DNA from: Microbotryum violaceum
Taxonomy: Eukaryota
DNA: 64,000 bases
Direction of reading: 5' to 3'
NCBI GenBank assembly: GCA_001244265.2
Contig: CDLV01000004.1
Coordinates: 744,001 to 808,000 of the forward strand
Shown: in pieces, positions 25,522 to 47,775 of the stretch
How positions within the stretch are numbered: the stretch's first letter is position 1
How the letters are laid out: each line of letters starts with the position of its first letter
Notes under the pieces: generated by a model
What the model saw: the letters and a program-made list of their open reading frames with translations, nothing else
What the model was told of the DNA's origin: nothing
The model's database searches: none
Program-made: the position numbers and the translations under genes

Positions 25522-26035
25522 ACTCAACAAGGACAATTCTGCAGTTCCGTTTTTCCACACGGGCAAGCTCAAGGCCTACCGCTCAAATGATTCAGAATTA
25601 TTCCCAAGCCAAGAACCCGCGCACCCGGGACCGGTGGACGTAGGTGGAGAACCCGAGTGGGTCATCGAGGACATCGTCGATGAAAGGATCCGAGCGGGGA
25701 AGACTCAATATTTGGTCTCGTGGTTTCATGGCCGTCGGATAGCAATTCATGGGAGCCGGCCGAGGCACTGGAGGACACGGAGGCATTGGACCGCTGGGAA
25801 CATCGGAACGAGGAATGAGAGTGTTTTTTCAGAGGGGAGCCTTGTGTCAAGGAGGGGAGAGTGTAAGGCAAGGCCTAACAACGGGCCACAGGCATTAGAA
25901 ATAGAGATGCTTCTTCAGCTCTCTCTTCATTGAGCTGACACCAGAAGCTAGGTGAGTACTGATGTTCCCTATCTCAGCACTATAGTATCTCATCGAGCTG
26001 ACACCAGAAGCTAGTTGTAATCCATATAACTTGCA
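25522..26035 (+). mobile_element. Gypsy chromovirus 3' end: chromodomain, PPT and LTR (25862-26035)
   Basis: FHTGKLKAY..EPEWVIEDIVDERIRAGKTQYLVSW, followed by AGGAGGGGAGAG|TGTAAGG...TTGCA. Confidence 0.85.
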
Positions 26036-26170
26036 CCTGTCATCTTCGGTCACCAGTGAGGCTCCGCTGTCCGAGACAGCGTGCCTTCTACGGTCACTCT
26101 ACCGAACCGAGCCATTGAGGATCTGCCACGGAATGGTAAGAAGCAATTCACATGATGTCATGAACCAGTA

Positions 26171-26207
<37 letters not shown>

Positions 26208-26420
26208 TAGAACTAGCTCGCTTCATAGAGGGTTGGCCATACATAGTACCAAGCTGTCCACTCCCTTCAGAGAGGATATCACTAGTGGTAAAGCTTGGAC
26301 CCACTCTTGACACACGACCAGAGCCTGTTTTCTTGCGTGATTCGTTACAACTATCAGTATTCTTGCTGTTGTCCATCTGTAGCAATGGCAGTGAAGACTC
26401 ACATTTAGTGTCCCAATGAT
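26036..26420 (-). mobile_element. Helitron internal fragment interrupted by a solo LTR
   Basis: Matches 18060-18230 once 26156-26312 is removed. Confidence 0.75.
26156..26312. mobile_element. Solo LTR containing a long poly-T tract
   Basis: TGTCA...TGACA ends with a 5-bp TSD CATGA/CACGA. The empty site is seen at ~18120. Confidence 0.7.
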
Positions 26421-26434
26421 CCCATCAGCAACTT

Positions 26435-26650
26435 TGCCACTCGCGCTTTAGTGAAATTGAGTGAAATTTAGCGCACTTTAGTGCCAAAAGCGCACTTTTA
26501 GTGAAATTTAGTGCACTTTCTATAATCTCCTGTGGGTCACTAAATGACATTTAAAAGGCACTTAAGTGCACTTTGTACCATTTAATGGCTCCCGTGCCTT
26601 TTAGTGCACTTATAGTGCTTCTGCAACAGCAACCTGATTTCAGTGCTATC
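26435..26650. repeat. CACTT/TTAGTG array; candidate transposon subterminal region
   Basis: More than 10 GCACTT or TTAGTG motifs, many forming local palindromes. Confidence 0.5.
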
Positions 26651-28204
26651 ATGTGTATAAGCGTGCTTGAGCGCTCGATGCCTGGTAGTACTGGTACATG
26701 CTTGCATTCCACTCATCATCACAGTGCTAAGCACTAGGCTACTGCCAGCCAAACAATCTATTCTGAGTCCTTTTCTTACGTATCATTCGGCACCAACTGT
26801 GCCCTGTGCCTAAGTGCCAGGCCTGCCTCGAGCGAGTCTTCGGCCACTGCTTCGCCACCTGAAAACAGAAGCATACCCCCCCCCCCCCCCCGGCGGAAAC
26901 AACTCGTGTATGTCGCTACATCTGGTGATTGAGACTCACCTGAGAACTCCGCAATCAGGGGCATCACCTTTTCAACGCGCCTATTGATGGGACCGGTAGA
27001 CGAACGTTAGGTCGAATGTCGCAGGGATAAAAACCGCAGCTTAAGCGTAAGATACTAGACCAAAAGCCAGGGGGTGGTTGTCCGGCTGCGCCGCATTGAG
27101 GGAGGCCACCTTTTGGCTCTTGGCGCAAGCTGCGAACACGGCGACGAGATCGTTCAACAGTGAGTTTGACAGGTCGTTGCGGCCATCCTCAGTATAGACA
27201 TTCTTCTGGATCCTCGTGTGTTGTGAGCGCTCGGTCCATCTGGTCACCTCTAGTCCAGCGAAAGCTCTTTGTCGTGCCCGCCATGTCTTCGCAGCAAGAT
27301 GGTCCCATGGACTGTACCAACCCTTTCAAGACGCATGAATGTGCTGGCTGCACTGCGTCCTTCCTCTGTATTGCTAACCCCTACGCCTGCCTCTCCGCGA
27401 GTTGGGTCGCTCGATTCCATCGGCCTCCCTTGAGTAGAACAGCTTCAGGTGGCTACACTTATGAGCAGCTTGATGGGCAATCGGGTTGGCCAGTTCAGCG
27501 AGAAATGTGTATCGCGAGCATCGACAACTTGAGGCGGAACTTTCAAGTTTGTCGGCTGTGTAGAACCGAACACGCGTGAGCTTAGACCAAAATTTCGATA
27601 GTTGAGCTTGGTAGACGCACGATTGGTCGTGAGAAGCTGTTTGCCTTCTCAACGGCATCGAGTAGATGATAAGGTCGAGTACTGGGTGTGCTCGTCTTTG
27701 GACAACTCGATGTGAAGAGACGCGTCGGCGGGAGCGACATCGAAGGCGAGGAGCTCGGCGATCGTCATGTTCATGTTAGTGAGCGGCGATAATCAATCGA
27801 AGGCATCGTTCAAATAGTAGACCTGCATGGGATGATGTTGTCGTGCTATGCTCCAATCTCGGACCGAAGTGAAGCGGAACGGAACCTGCGCCCCTTCAAT
27901 ATCGAATCGGCCTAATCCCTCACAGCCACTTAACTCAAGTGATTACCGAAGATGGCTAGTACTAAGCGACTTGTTCAGGCGCGAGCATCGCTAAACGCGT
28001 CTCGAAACGAAGGCGAACGGGCCCAAAGTCATGCCGTAGGCTGCTCAGGGTAGGCCAAAATTGGGCCAACTCACGGGAAAATGTCAAAATCTAGACATGC
28101 GCCTCGGGGGCGAAACGTGTGTCTCGTCCCAAAATCTCAATATTTTGCAATGCGCCTCGACGATTTTCAGGATTTTGGGTCCTCAAAATGTCAAAAAAAA
28201 AATG

Positions 28205-29645
28205 CGCCTCCGGCTGGCTTTCGGGGGTCCTAGCCCTCTCTTGCTCCAACCTTCCACGTCGGAACCGAGCGAACGTCCGGGCCAGAGCCTGCAGCTCGGG
28301 CAGCAGGTGGTGTTTGGTGGACGTCCAAGCTGCTGGTGGATCGTTGGGCGTCTGGAGGAGGGCTTCGCTGTAAAGGGTGCGGACAATGGAAGTGAGGTAC
28401 TCGCAGGTCGCGTCGCCCTCGATCACGTGCAAACCCAGCTGGAATTTGCCCGGACCGATGTCGATTGCGCCCGGCACTTGGAACCGTGCCACAACCATTG
28501 AGTGCGTCGATTTGAGGACAGGAGCCCAAATTTTGTGGTCATGGAAGAGGTCGACCCAATCAGGCGAGACATAGATGCGGTCAAGGCGACGGCACGTGCC
28601 GGGCGCTGAGCGATTCATCGTGGCTCGTCCTTTGGGATGGTGGAGCCAATAGGGTCGAAAAGATTGTTGGCCGTGGCAAGGTCGCGCATCTCCTGACCCC
28701 TATAACTCGTTCCGTTTTGATTCTCCGAATCGAGGGGCTGGGACTCTACACAAATCCAGTCCCCCCTCGACTAGGAGCGCAGGCGGCGAGGGTTCGTCAC
28801 TTACGACTTGTCGGAGGGCGGTGCTGAGGTGTGAGGAAGCGTTTTTGTCTGGCTTGTCGGAGAAGGGCGCGTATATTGATACAACCCGAACTTCTGAATC
28901 ACCCACACAAAGGGTGGCGTCGGTGACTCAGTCCGGGAAAGAGAAAGAGGCACGAAGAGTGTTGGGAGGCGACTCAGGATCAATAGTAATGACCACGGAG
29001 TCGCTCTTCCAGAGTATGGCAGTGTTGTTGAAAGGAGTGAAGAGAGCGAAGAGCTTTAAGTCTTGGCACTCCTGAGTCCACTGGGCCACCCTTTCGGGGA
29101 AAGGTCGGCCAGTTTCGCTCAGGAGAAAGACGTCGGCGTTATGGGAGCGGAGATTGGAGAAAAAAGAGGCACGCTTACGGTCTTCATTGATTGACTGCAC
29201 GTTGGTGCAAGGTGCCGCTCCGCTTGCGCCTCACACTCACCCCTCCTTGAATCAATTCCCTCCTCCGGCTTGTGATGCAAACAATCGTACGTCATCGTCT
29301 TCTGAATCGCTTGAGATGCCTACAAAGGCGGTTGAATCGCCGGTGTCCTCATACACTCGGATTGCTGCAACCAGTCTCGGCCCTGGTGTTGGTCGTGAGG
29401 CTGTGAAAGGCACGAGATTGCTCTCAAGCCTCACTGGTTCCGAATCCAAACAGAAAGATCAAACGGTGTAATTCGCAGGCGAAGAAAGACTACCAAAAGG
29501 ACTAAGGTCAAGAGGCGCCCGTGGCGCCGCGCGCAAGTGAAGCTTAGGCCGCTGAGGTTGGCTGAGTTGTCGTGAGGCGTAAGCGGAGCGGTGCCTTAGA
29601 GTTGGCAGCAACAAAAGACACATTTGGGATCTTAGCTGTGCTCAT
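28205..29645 (-). pseudogene. LINE ORF2 N-terminus (APE endonuclease), interrupted and truncated
   Basis: SFVAAN|(insertion)|VQSIN..DVFLLSET, VVSIYAP, RRLDRIYVS, STHSMV; contains frameshifts. Confidence 0.88.
29208..29598. mobile_element. MITE with ~26-bp TIRs inserted in LINE ORF2
   Basis: AAGGTGCCGCTCCGCTTGCGCCTCAC (29209-29234) pairs with GTGAGGCGTAAGCGGAGCGGTGCCTT (29572-29597) with 3 mismatches. A degenerate CCAAC duplication flanks it. Confidence 0.75.
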
Positions 29646-31061
29646 CATCTTGGTCCATAGCGTCTTCCACGTCCTTGGGAGGTGCTTCTTGGTCTTCGGC
29701 TTCTTCGTCGGCCTCGTCGTCGGCGTCGGCGACATCGGGTCGGGCTTTGGGCGCGGCTGAGGGCAACGGCGTGGGCGAAGAGGGCTCTGGGGTCGGCTCG
29801 GAGAGTCGGAGGCTTCGAAGGCAGGCGCAGTGGGAGGGGCTTCACGAGTGGCTGGCGTGGAGAGCGCAGCAATCGGTTTGGATCGAGTTATGATCGATTT
29901 TGGCGTGGCCGGAGGAGGGCTGGGGGATGGAGAGGTGGTCTCTGAGCTGGGGGACTCGGAGGATTTTTCAACGAGGGAAGAGGCAGTTCCCTGGTTGGAG
30001 GCAGGCTGGGGGGCAGCTTGAGTGGCAGTATTGGAAGGGAAATTGACAGAGAACTCGGGGCGAGCAGTCCTCGACAAAGAATTGGGCTGAGCTCTGTTGG
30101 ACAGATCTTCAGTCTGGGCAGCCAGATCCTGTTCCACTTGACATTTTTTGGTCGTGCGGTTGGGGGCGGAGGCCGCGGGGATCGACTTGGACCCGGCGGC
30201 GGGGGCGGCGGTGGTGACAGTGGAGGGACCCTGGGGGCTGGACGCGTGACGGCCTGAGCAATGCTGGGTAGCGTGCGAGGTGCTCGCGCAGGACTTGCAT
30301 GCCGGGGCGACGGAGCAATCCTCACGGACGTGAGCCGCGGAGCGGCAGAAGACGCAGTGGCGCATGCCGGTGATCCTTAGTGGGATTCGCTCAGTGACAC
30401 CGTCACAAGCAATAGAAAGTGAGGCAGGGGGCAAAAAATCTACACCCTTAAGGGCAAGGATAAAGTCGTACACCCCAGAGATGTGTTTTGTCTTTCCAAT
30501 GTATTGGATGTGACGGCGGAGGACCGTGCCATAGGCAGCGATCTGCTCATCGAATAGGCAGAGGCCCTCGGGGTCGGAGAAAAAGCCCGTAAGGGTGCAT
30601 TGTACAACACCTCCTCTAGTAGAGCTGTACAGCTTCTCGACTTTGCACAGAGTCTTGCCAACAGTGAGGCCGTTGGAAACCAGGGTGTCGAGATCGGCGG
30701 CCTTGGGAAAGCAGAGGCCACGCTGACTCTTAATGACGCATGGCATCGCGCCGGTAAGGCCAGGGTAGTGTTTGTCAAGCGCGAGGAGGACTTGCTCGAC
30801 CGAGGTTGAGGGTGGGGTGTTGATGATGTCACAATTCTCAATGTTGTGCATCAGTGGATGGGCAGCGACGGCAGTCGAGGCGTTGGCGGTGGCGTTGCCG
30901 TGCTTCGCAGCGGAGCGGGCGCCGACCGCGGCGGAGTATGATTTGGTGGTGGTGGCGGGGGCTTGGCCGGGAGGATCGGGAGGGTCAGGGCGAAGAGGTG
31001 ATATAGCAGCAGGGCTAGCGTTGTTGGTGTTGTTGTTGTTGTTGTCCATGTTTATGCTCAT
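29633..31061 (-). CDS. LINE ORF1 (gag-like, two CCHC knuckles), frameshifted near the 3' end
   Basis: KSYSAAV, CVFCRSAAHVREDC, CKSCASTSHATQHC. An acidic tail in another frame (DADDEADEEAED..DDEHS*) overlaps the ORF2 ATG. Confidence 0.85.
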
Positions 31062-31109
31062 GGTGTTGAGAAGAGTGAAAAATCAAGTCACTCCGAAGAG
31101 GGGGCCGAT

Positions 31110-32190
31110 GCGAACTGCCTCAAAAAGCGATTCGCCGGTTGGCCAAAGTAGAAATTCGACTGTCTGCGCCGTCGGGTCCAAGTCGAGTTGCAGTGGCCTC
31201 GGCCGGGTTGATGGGCCATGTTTGGGCAAAGGCTGGGCTTTGATTAACGGCAGGGATCAGGGCGCCGAGTCGATGGTAAAGGCGTCCAAACACACGAAAC
31301 ACGCGGCTCCTAGAGTTACCATTCGAGTCTGGTCAAAGTGAGCAGCGAGCGAAGTGAAAGACGGCGTGTTGTTGTACGACCGGGCGTTTTCGCGGAATGA
31401 TTTAGCTTCTGTGTCGGTGGGTCGCACCGGCACAGTTCAGCATGTGGGTCTACTGCAGACGCATGTTGCTGGACGGAGCAACCGACCGCTATCCGAGTCT
31501 TTAAGCAGCTGTCGATACTCGGAAGTGGGCTGCAGTGGGGAGGGGAGGCAGCTGCATGCTGCACCGCGAGCAAGGGTCCGCATTAGATCTGATCTGATCT
31601 GATCTGACGGGTTCAGATCAAGTTCAGATCAATCAAGCCTCGAGAGAAAAAACAACCCCAAAAGTAGGCGGTACCTAGATGGTGCCATTATGTTTGAAAT
31701 GCCAACTGCGGCGCACCTGATCACTGCATGAGAGAGAAAGGAGCGCGCCATCTGCCATCTGGCATCGCCGCCGCATTGGGTGTCGGCCCCGCGCCACAGA
31801 AATACTACAGGGTATGGTCCTCCTCCGTCTGATGGGCCTTCGTTGCAGTGTCAGGTGCTGACTCATTGCAAACACTTTCTCATAGGGATCATGCGACCCA
31901 ATCCAGTCATAAAAGCGGGGAGCTCCTCCAAAAAGCGGCGGCTTAGCAAGGTGATCACTTTGGAGGATGATGAGGATGAGGGTGAGGATGAGTGGAAGAA
32001 GAAGATAAGGATTTCAACATGTAGACATGTAGAAGTCTTTATGTGCCATATTAGGCAGTTTCATGTATCAGATCAGATCAAGATCAGATCAATCAAGGCA
32101 GAATCAGAAAAATCCAGATCTGATCTGATCTGATCTGACGGTGAACTGATCTAATGCGGATCCTTGACCGCGAGCAGGACGTGCTAAAGC
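31110..32190 (-). mobile_element. Diverged Helitron Rep fragment split by a MITE
   Basis: FRVFGRLYHRLGALIPA..PAFAQ; homologous to 9320-9720 and 36480-36650. Confidence 0.8.
31571..32166. mobile_element. hAT-type MITE, 596 bp
   Basis: 19-bp TIRs CAAGG(G/A)TCCGCATTAGATC, perfect 8-bp TSD ACCGCGAG (31563-31570 and 32167-32174), and subterminal GATCT arrays. Confidence 0.92.
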
Positions 32191-32395
32191 CGTGACGTGG
32201 GGAGAGGTTTTCGGTCTTCTTGGGTGATTTTGGGGCGCGTTTGGACACCAGAACCTTTGCTCGTTAAGCAGCTGCAGAGAAACTGGGTTTGAGAGTATGC
32301 AGAGTCAATGGGTACACTTTGAACCCGATTTTTATCACATTGATTGCTTCCAAAGTACAACACAAAGCCTGATCCATAGTCTAGAGAAAAGCGGA

Positions 32396-34420
32396 TCAGG
32401 AGAAATGACTTGTTGGAAACCATCTGCGAGATAAAAACCTGAAAGCCAATCAGATCACAGCATGCTTGGGCTTCTAGCCCGGAACAAGCCTTACCTCGTG
32501 TCCACGCTTGCGATTAGTCCTTGCTCAATCTTCTCTTCTCCGCCAAGTAGCGCGAGCATGCGCCCAACGTTCGACGAGGCGCTCATCACCAACCCGTGCG
32601 TCACTTGAGCGAGCATTGTGATGTCGCGCACAAAGCCTTGCGCGACGCGCTCTCGGGCCTCAAAAGGCAGCATGTTGAACTCCAACTCGTCCTGCAACAA
32701 CGTGGAAAGCGCATATACCAGAGTCCACCCATTGAGCCTTGGGGCTTGGTGTTCGGAGTTCAGTGAAATAGTGGAGTGGACTCACAAAACCATTCTCAGC
32801 GACGCGCATACGTTGCTTTCCATGGATGGACTCGTCAGGAGCAATGACCTCGGATGGGTCTAGATCAGCAATGTCGATGACGTTGAAAGCTCTACCCAAC
32901 TTGTGCTTGGCAAACGCCGTCGATGCGGTGAGGCTGTCAGAGGCAACCAGGAGTACCGGTCGCTCGTCGAGGGAGAGAACGACACCAGTTCGCCGGACGC
33001 GCTCCACAAGGTGTATCGCAGCTACGAGATATTTCTCGATGGCGCGGTCATCGAGGTGGCTTGTCTTCGTTGGTGTGGCTTGCGGTAAAGTCGAGCGCCC
33101 GCCCGAAGTATCCATCAATGCCTGAGGTCCTATCCAGTTGATTTCCTTGTATTTGTCGCCTAGTCGAACATGCATACCGATGATGATCGGGGAAGCATCT
33201 CCACTCAATTGCTGTGCAGCTCGCAGCTGCCGAGTCAACGACTTGAGATTTGCCCGAGCGGCTCGCACGCGCACAGCTGCAGGCCTCGAAAGACGCCACA
33301 AGGCCGACAACGACTGAGCCTGTCGGGTAAATATAACCTGCAGCGCTGATGGCACCAGCTGGGATGCAAGCTTGAGCTCAGGCGTGGTCAAGCTGGCGCG
33401 ATCCGCAGCTAGGTGGACCAGCTCCTTCAGATCCTGGTGGTGAAGGACATCCATCTCACTAGGGGAAGTAAGGGTGTCCAACAGCGCTTTATCAAGCCCA
33501 TCGTTGTCTCGACTTCTCCACGTCACGTGGTCGAAGGTCGCCCAAGACTTGCGGACCGCGGCCTTATCAAGCGTCCTCGCTTTCCTGTCGAACTTAATCC
33601 TCGCCCTCCAGGTTGTCGAAGGCGGGGGCTTGCAGTCCAGCGCGGGGGCTTGGAAGACCGCCTCCCACGAGCCATAGTTCCACCGGGACGAATCGACCAA
33701 GAGGCTGTAGTTGAACATCTCGGCAAGAACCGCCATGCGGGTAAGCATGAGTACTTCGCTTCCGAAACCGTGTAAACCTGAATGCAGCACGACAAGTTGC
33801 GGTCTGATCAGTTTCTCTAGCCATGCAGAAAATATTATGACCCCGAACGAAGAATTCTTGAGCGCAAAACGAAACGCACCGGCCATGTTGAACAAAAGTG
33901 TTCGCTTGCATATTGCCGGCTTCTCGTTTGTGGAGACTGGTCGTTCCACGGCGTTGTATATCTTGTCAAGTCTCGAAGACGGCGACGACGACTGGGCCAA
34001 GGGCTCGTCGCCCCCGTCGGTCATATGCGCACCTTGATTCGCCGGTGCAAGCGACGAGTGGTGCCGATGCTTGTGCTCGTCATCGTGTCTGTGCTCGTGC
34101 CCAGGAGGCTGAGCTGTACCGGTTTCGCCTGGCACCCACGGTCGCTCGTCTCGAACGTTTCGCGATGCCAATTCGGCTTCGATGCGATGTTGTACGCCCA
34201 GGAGTATTTTTTCGGAGGGCCCAAAGACGACGAAGGCGGCTGTGAGAACGACGCAAATGAGGATCCGAAAAAACGCGAACTTGGAATGGGACCTGGCGAT
34301 GGCGATCGAGGCGTGGCGCATTTTGGCCATTGCTCGGCGAGGCGAACCCGTCGAGCCAACTGCCCCCGCCCCCCCAGGCGAACTCGGTGGGGTGACGAGC
34401 ACCGGTAACCGAGGCTTCAT
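32396..34420 (-). CDS. GT23/FUT8/NodZ-like alpha-1,6-fucosyltransferase-type glycosyltransferase, type II membrane, 4 exons, intact
   Basis: N-terminal TM (FFRILICVVLTAAFVVF); GLHGFGSE; IGMHVRLGDK; LLVASDS; GF|DELEFN; FVRDITML..LVMSASSNVGRM; SVDT|RWFPTSHFS*. Three GT-AG introns. Confidence 0.8.
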
Positions 34421-34867
34421 CCCCCTCAACGATGTTCTTCTTGCGCGAGACTACAATGCCGTTCTGCAATCGGCTGACCACTCCTCGACGGTGATGTTCC
34501 AGGAAGGCTCAGTGGGTGGCACTAGGGTTCCGCGTCTGGTGCCAGGGTTCGTGACAATGTCTGGGATGGTGATCAGGAGATTGTCGCGCGGAGCCTTGAC
34601 GCGACACCTCGCCAAATTGAATCGCGTCGAGTCGTCGTCTCGCAGGCGTCTGCGTATTCAGTCAATTTGCGATGTGTGCCGGTGGGTCGGTGTGCAGCGA
34701 AGAACGGCCGAGAAGTCGTCGGAACTCGGGCGTGCAAGGAGAACAAGGGGTTGGCGTGACAATAGCTCAGAAAGGGTTCGGGGTTTGACAGAAGGGGAAT
34801 GTGCGGCGCGACTCGTGCGGGCATTTAGGCCGTGAAGCGTTCCGCCGACGCGCTTTTACTACCTCTA

Positions 34868-37400
34868 CTAGGTTCGGCGGCACGCGGAGCGCGCCACCTC
34901 ACATTGAGAATCAGCAGTTCTGTTACTTTATTGCAGATGCCTACGGTTCTACACTGCTTTCATCTATGCGCAATCTTTGCTGACCTTGAGACCTTCGAGA
35001 GATCGCAGCGTTCACAGGCGGTGGATCCATTGGACGAAGTTGATCCTCGGGCAGTGGACGCAGTGCACTCGGTGACTGTGCGGCGACATCCACCGCGACG
35101 AAGGCGTTCAAATCCGCGCTGTAGAAGGTTTGAGCGTCACCCGGCAGCAGGTCGAGCACCATGTCGTTAATGTGATCCACCTGCGAATTTTTGGGCGTCA
35201 GTTTTGCTCGCTCTCGAAGTATTTGACTTTCGCCTATTGACATACCAGTGGGAACCCGTTAAATTAACGGGAGGATCAAATTCAAAAAATAGCAGGATAA
35301 TCGAACAGTCTGCATGATATCAGCGCAGAGGTTAAGAAAACACAATACGAAATACAGCAAAGAAACAAAATCCATTCATCTTACATTCATTGCCGAAACA
35401 GCCTGCATGTCGCTTGTTGCCGGACTTGGCTTCAAACACTCGTGCAATGAGATCCGGACGGTTGCATGCTTGAACGGCCCCAGTGCAGCCTTGGTGTCCG
35501 GTGAGTCGGGGTCGTACGTCATCGTGGTGAGCAGCGGAGGCTTTCCATGTTTGACAACGCACGCCATCGCATCCTGGTATCGCTGCGTGATGTCGCGATT
35601 TGGTTCGGGGTTAAGCCGTTGATGCCTTGGGTCGTGGTGAGGCGTAGGTTCTCTTGATGTAACCGGATGTGTTGAGTCAATCGGTCTTGACTTGGGAGTA
35701 CATCCGTAATTCACGAACTCCAGGAAGGGACGTTGGGTGCAATGCGGGATTGAGAAGTACTCGTCGCGTTTGGCAAGTAGTGCGCAAAGAATTGTGAACG
35801 CGAGACTCGCCACCTCGACCCCTTTACTTGACCTTCGTCCTAGGTGTTCAAAAGTTCAATTTCAGTCTGTGCTTGCGCCTTCGGTAGAATGGAACATCAG
35901 AGAAAGAGCCGAAGACGCGTACGTTCGCCATCACCATCCTCTTCGTCCCCTTCCTCGCCGTCTTCATCCTCATTGTCGCGGTCTTCGTCCTCCTGTTCGT
36001 CTTCGTCATCCAGACCGAGACCGGCAAGTACCTCGCGCAATTGGACACCATTGTCGATCTGCTCTCAGTTTCTGGCGATTGGCGGCCTGGCTTGGTGGAA
36101 CCCGCGCAAAGAGGAATGTTGGGGTGGAAGCCATCTTCCCCTGCAGGAAAAAGTAGTGGGTAACGGAGAGGCATCGCGGACGGATGGAGCGAGCTAACGA
36201 TTTGGTACTTGGGCCGACCATCGGGACATCGATCACCGTGCACCTGGAGAATAAGGTCTTGCAGTCCACGATCTCCCGTGTTGGTGTCGGAATCGCAGAT
36301 AAGCATCGCCATTTCCGTGCTCGACGTAGGCGGGTTGTGGGTGCGTCGGTCCCCGCCTGGCGGAAGGCAGAGGCGCAGGATCCACTCTTTGGCCGTATCC
36401 CAACCTGCGCGAGGTTTGGCCGATGCGAACTCCCTCACAAAGTGATTCTTGGTACGCAACATGGATTCTAGCTTGGTCAGCGTTGAACTTTGTATGCGAC
36501 TGTCTGCGCCGTCGGGTCCAAGTCGAGTGTCGGTGGCCTCGGCCGGGTCGATCAGCCATGTTTGAGCAAAGGTTGGGCATTGATTCACGGCAGGGATCAG
36601 GGCGCCGAGTCGATGGTAGAGGCGACCAAACACGCGAAACACGGGGGGCCTAGTTCCCAGTGCTGAGCCTTGCAGTGGGTGCACACGGCCGTCTGCGGGC
36701 CGAGGTCGTCGCGGATCGAAACGTGGGGCTTGAGGGGTTTGAGCGCGATTCGAGCCCGGCGCACTCGCCTTTGCGGAGGTGGTGGTGGGGCGAGCCCAGC
36801 GTCGAGTTGGCCATCGCGCTGACCACGCTGTCCGTTCTGCACAGCTGCACGGCCGGCTCGTATACGTGTCGCAATGCCAAGATGTTCGAGGGAGTGGCGC
36901 AGGATTATTTACGTGGTTTGATTTGTTGTTCAGCCCCTAATGCCGCTGGTTGAATGCCATACGGGCAAATTGGTTGTTCAGCCCCTAATGCTGCTGGTCG
37001 ACTGCCGGAATGACACTCCACCGCCGGCGCACCGCATCACGTGACAAACGCCAGCCCTCGCCTCGCACGTCAAGCAGAGCTCTGCTGTAGAAGCAATATC
37101 ATGCAAAGCCACGCGCTTGCGGTTCATTAAATGCAATATGAGTGGAAGCATTGTTTTATGTGAGCGAAAAAAAAGAAGGAAACTACTGGGAGCGCTGTAG
37201 CTTCGTTGGAACGGCGCGGAAAATACAAAAGTCACCACAGGGCTTGTACATGACTTCTGATCGGAACATGGACACCACAGGCAGGTGCGGCAGACACAAC
37301 AGTATGCTGGTACATCCACCACAGGCGGCCCGGAGGGCCGCAACCTAGTTAAAAACAGCGATTTTAGGTACATTCCTTAACTCACACTTTTTTTTTACTA
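34868..37400 (-). mobile_element. Internally deleted Helitron (Rep and PIF1 remnants, 3' terminus present)
   Basis: [41 protein letters not shown]; 3' hairpin and CTAG at 34868-34871. Confidence 0.9.
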
Positions 37401-37409
37401 GTTAGGGTA

Positions 37410-37542
37410 ATTAGCCGCGCGCCTCTAGCCTTCCAAGTGCGCGCGCCCTTAGCTCTTCTCTCTCTTCTCCAACTATCTTTACTACCATCTTTGGCTCTCA
37501 TACTTACGTACCTCGTGCCTCGGGCCTCAGATGTTCTAAAAC
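37410..37542 (+). mobile_element. Partial copia LTR, same family as 23442 and 62273
   Basis: Near-identical to 23503-23632. Confidence 0.85.
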
Positions 37543-37596
37543 CGCCCTCGTCGCGACTGGCTTGAAAGACAAACTTGCGCTAGGTGAGAGCCCGGG

Positions 37597-47775
<10,179 letters not shown>

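Noticed and set aside
26174-26206. Poly-A tail of a retrocopy
   Set aside because: It lies inside a TG..CA unit with a 5-bp TSD, so it fits a solo LTR better.
29544-31061. Single 505-aa ORF1 or natural ORF1-ORF2 fusion
   Set aside because: Better explained by a frameshift into the ORF2 frame followed by read-in to the MITE TIR.
31575-31640. CRISPR-like or satellite array
   Set aside because: These are 5-bp GATCT subterminal repeats of a MITE with no spacers, in eukaryotic DNA.
34182-34835. Antisense and overlapping ORFs in the ORF track
   Set aside because: GC-rich shadow frames of real genes or TEs, with no recognisable motifs.
37400-37410. Telomeric TTAGGG
   Set aside because: Only a single copy.
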